A stretch of DNA of 64,000 bases from IMG/VR virus record IMGVR_UViG_3300042402_002564, positions 62,001 to 126,000 of that record; one strand, given 5' to 3'. The notes under the pieces were generated by a model. It ran no database searches. It was not told the DNA's origin and saw only the letters and a list, made by a program, of their open reading frames with translations. Position 1 is the stretch's first letter; the number at the start of each line of letters is the position of its first letter. Positions 60,915 through 64,000 of the stretch are shown here, piece by piece. A program made the translations under genes and the position numbers.

Positions 60915-63906
60915 TGTCTCTGGTTTGTGCCTCTGACCTTGCCACCCGCCGCCTGGTGTGGGTGAAGAACAACACCGCCACTGGTGTGCCAGCTGCCGCA
61001 CCGTCCGTCGTCTGGGCAGAGTTCGGTCGCCGTGGTATGATTTGATAGTTCGCAACCGAACCTCATGACCGTCCGCACCAACGTCCTTCCCCTGGATCTC
61101 TGCACTGTCACCCTCACCGAGGCACAGTGGAGCACGATCCGAACTGCTGTGCTCTGCCTCGCTTGTGATTGCCGCATCGCTGGCAAGACCACTGACGCAG
61201 ACTACTATCTGAACGCCTACAACAACCTGAAGGCAGCGATGGGGATGGACGCCTGACCTAGTGGCACAGGGGGACTTGCAAAGGTCCCCCACACCCCCTA
61301 CACTACATTTGTTCATTCAAAAACACCAATGCCAATCAATCTCACCAAAGAAGACCTCAACTTCTACGAAGAAAACTATTCTAATGTCATGCAACTTGGC
61401 ATGATTAACACCTTCGATGAGCGGAGTGATCGGATTCGCTTCCGTTCGATTGCAAAGGCAATTCAGGAGCAAATTGATTCTCTGCAAGTTGAGGATCAAA
61501 AGCGTGTTCCTTTTACAAAGGATGAGATTGTACCTGTTTTTGAAGAGTATCTGTGTTCTTATACTCTCAACGGTCAAGTGAAAGTTTTTGACCGCAAACT
61601 TGCTGCTTCTGGTATTCAATCGTTCCGAAAGAATCCTGTTGCTTCGGTGATGGGTATTCATGGTCAGATTGCATACTACGATCAATACAACGATGTTATC
61701 ACCAAATCGTTTGATCGTGCTGGTAACACTCTGAAGGAGATGCTCCGCCAGTATAATGAAATGATGGGTGTTGAGCGGTTCGCCCTGGACTGATTAACAA
61801 CCCTTATGGGTCAGGGGGTTGACTCCTGACCCATTCCATCCCATACTGTCTTTGTTCACCACTTGAACCTCATGCCCGAAATCACCTGGATTAACGACAT
61901 TCCGATGCCCACAATGTGGGAAGAAGATTATCAAGAAACAGAGTATAAAGATTACGAGGAATCTGATTGGTATAATGACCCTAACTGTGTCATGTCCCGC
62001 CATCATTATTGAACAATGATTGAAGTTCTTGCCGCTTACGTTGTCGGAATGATGCAGGTTGCACCTAATCTCATTCAGACAGATTACCTCAACGAAGACA
62101 AGCAAATCATTTCCGTCACTGAAGTAATCCAAGAGGTTCCACAATCATGACACTCACACACCTCAACTATCAAGAGATTGATGCCCTGATGGCAATTCTT
62201 GAGAGTAGTGATTGGCATTATCTGACTGAACTTGTGGATGCAGACATTCCGCTTCTGTATGACAAACTCACCGAAATGAGGGATGAACTGTGACTGAAAC
62301 TCTCCGACAGTATCACTTCACTGACGAACAGATTGACTTCCTGATGCGAATTGTGCGGAACAATGCACAATTTGAAGATGGTGAAGACCGTGAGTTCATG
62401 GAAGAACTTGCCAATCAAATTGAAGATCAAATCGTCAACCATCCTGACAACGACTGATGACACCTAACGCACCCTACGGTTGCCAAACCTATAAAGATCT
62501 GCTGGTCATGTTACAATCTATGACAGCAGAGCAGTTGGACTGCACTCCTACGGTGTATGATCCTGATGCGGATGAGTATTATCCTATCACCACACTTCTC
62601 ACCGCATCTGACACCAACGACGTGTTAGACTCTGATCATCCCTACCTCTCCTTCTGATGAACCGTTCTGAACTGCAAGACCAACTCATTCAGCAGATGTT
62701 GGATGACATGGATCTCAAGACAATGACCCAACTCTGTTATGATTATCTGGATGAGGGTTATGGTAAGTATTCTGATGAGGAATTGATCACTGAATGTGAA
62801 GAATACTACCCCGATTTGCTTGAAAATCAATAAAGTATAAATTATTACAGGATGGGTTGGTATCCTGATTGTCACCGATACCATAAAACTCTACAGAGTC
62901 TTTCCCGTCCTACCCAATCCCTGAACTGGCACAGACCCCTTGACAGGGTGCCAGGAATCGCTTAATCTAAGAAAACAAGCGGGGGTGAAGCATCCCGCTC
63001 AAAACACTTCACTCAAACCCTTACAATGTGATTTAATTATGTCTCAGTTCGCTTTTACTTCTTCCGCCATCGAAAGCATCTCTGATGTGAATGATGGTAA
63101 AGTGACTATCACCTTCAACGGTGGTCGTGAGTATACCTACGGTGTGCAAGATGTTGAGATGTTCGTGTCTCAACTGAGCACCGTGATTGCCGAACAGCAG
63201 TCCGTGGGTCGTTTTGTAAATAATGCTATCAAAACGGAACAACTGCTCGCAGTGACCGCCGCCTGATAGTATAATACGGGGGGAGGCAACTCCTCCCATC
63301 ACACTACTCCCAAAGAACAATGACTGATTACTTCGACCCTAACGAACAGTTTTCAATCCTTGATCTTATTGATGATTCACAACCTTATGAAGATTTCTCT
63401 CCTGAGGTTAGACAAATGCTTAACGAAGTTGAGTATTACGATGACTACTCTTATGGGGTAGAAGTCGATAATGATTACGACTAATCTCGACTAGTTAATC
63501 ATCATAATCTCGTCGAGATCACGTCATTAAATCTCGACGAGATACGCACACAAATCACTTGAAATTCTTCTCTTTAACATGGAAAATCGTTCGCTCCTGC
63601 TTTCGCTTCTTCGTAAAGGTCAAACTGGTGAAGAAATTCTCCAGATTCTGGAAACTATCATTGGCAGCGATGATGATAGTGATGGTCCTACCCTAAACCC
63701 CATCGATTTCTGATACAATGGAAACTGCATTTGTGACACCCGTATCTAAGAAAGCAAAAAACCGTTTTGCTAATCTTATGGGTGGACTTGATGAGTGTAT
63801 TGTAGAACAACACAAAGGAGACAAAGTGTTCCTCACAAGTGCAAACGGTAAAAACCATTTCTGGGTTAACATTAACAAAGATCCAGACTGGATTGTAGAG
63901 TTCTAA
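60915..63906 (+). CDS. Early region of small hypothetical genes
   Basis: For example 61065..61256, 61329..61793, 62457..62657, 63039..63266 (KTSC-like: SSAIESI...TFNGGREYTY) and 63718..63906. Confidence 0.55.
63484..63543. repeat. Third cluster of three ATCTCGWCGAGAT-like palindromes
   Basis: Copies at 63484, 63507 and 63531 (spacing 23 and 24). Confidence 0.9.
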
Positions 63907-63917
63907 GATTATACCAT

Positions 63918-63943
63918 CCCCCGCCAAGTGCGGGGGTTTTTTT
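63918..63943 (+). terminator. Rho-independent terminator
   Basis: CCCCCGC/GCGGGGG followed by T7. Confidence 0.8.
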
Positions 63944-64000
63944 ATACTTTATAGTATGCTTCCCACCCCTCCCGCCCTCTAGCGTAGGGGCGATGCCCCC

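Noticed and set aside
60786-61316. 176-aa minus-strand ORF in a GC-rich patch
   Set aside because: It is explained by + strand early genes with their own promoters and locally higher GC.
1-64000. Alternative genetic code or stop-codon recoding
   Set aside because: Long genes are intact under the standard code and no suppressor tRNA was seen.

Overview
This 64-kb window is a segment of a large T4-like myovirus genome, most likely a cyanophage. The assignment rests on gene content, TATAAATA-like late promoters and multiple 2OG-Fe(II) oxygenases, and it is an inference made without database searches. Almost all genes are on the + strand. From left to right the window holds: (1) baseplate/virion genes (1-6.4 kb); (2) tRNA-Gly, an HNH endonuclease and tRNA-Thr; (3) a 1945-aa tail fibre with an S74 chaperone; (4) a split DNA methyltransferase and an SF2 helicase; (5) an RNA-repair cluster (Rnl1, HNH, kinase, HAD phosphatase, second RNA ligase, metallophosphoesterase); (6) radical SAM, carbamoyltransferase and SGNH-like genes; (7) a short tail-fibre/hydroxylase module; (8) a long hyperplastic region of small early genes that also carries glycosyltransferases, an SPFH protein, a nuclease-Dam pair, an orphan MbcA/ParS-like antitoxin, a HiPIP-like protein and two PRMT-like methyltransferases; (9) a non-coding region with palindrome arrays, tRNA-Leu and more early genes. 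The most notable observations are a 13-bp palindrome (ATCTCGWCGAGAT) repeated 13 times in three clusters, often at about 24-bp spacing; a HiPIP domain behind a capsid-targeting-like leader; tandem PRMT-like enzymes; a split, order-swapped methyltransferase; a conserved bipartite early-promoter cassette; and a recurrent ATGA(C/G)TRA start/double-stop junction. All protein calls come from motif recognition by eye.
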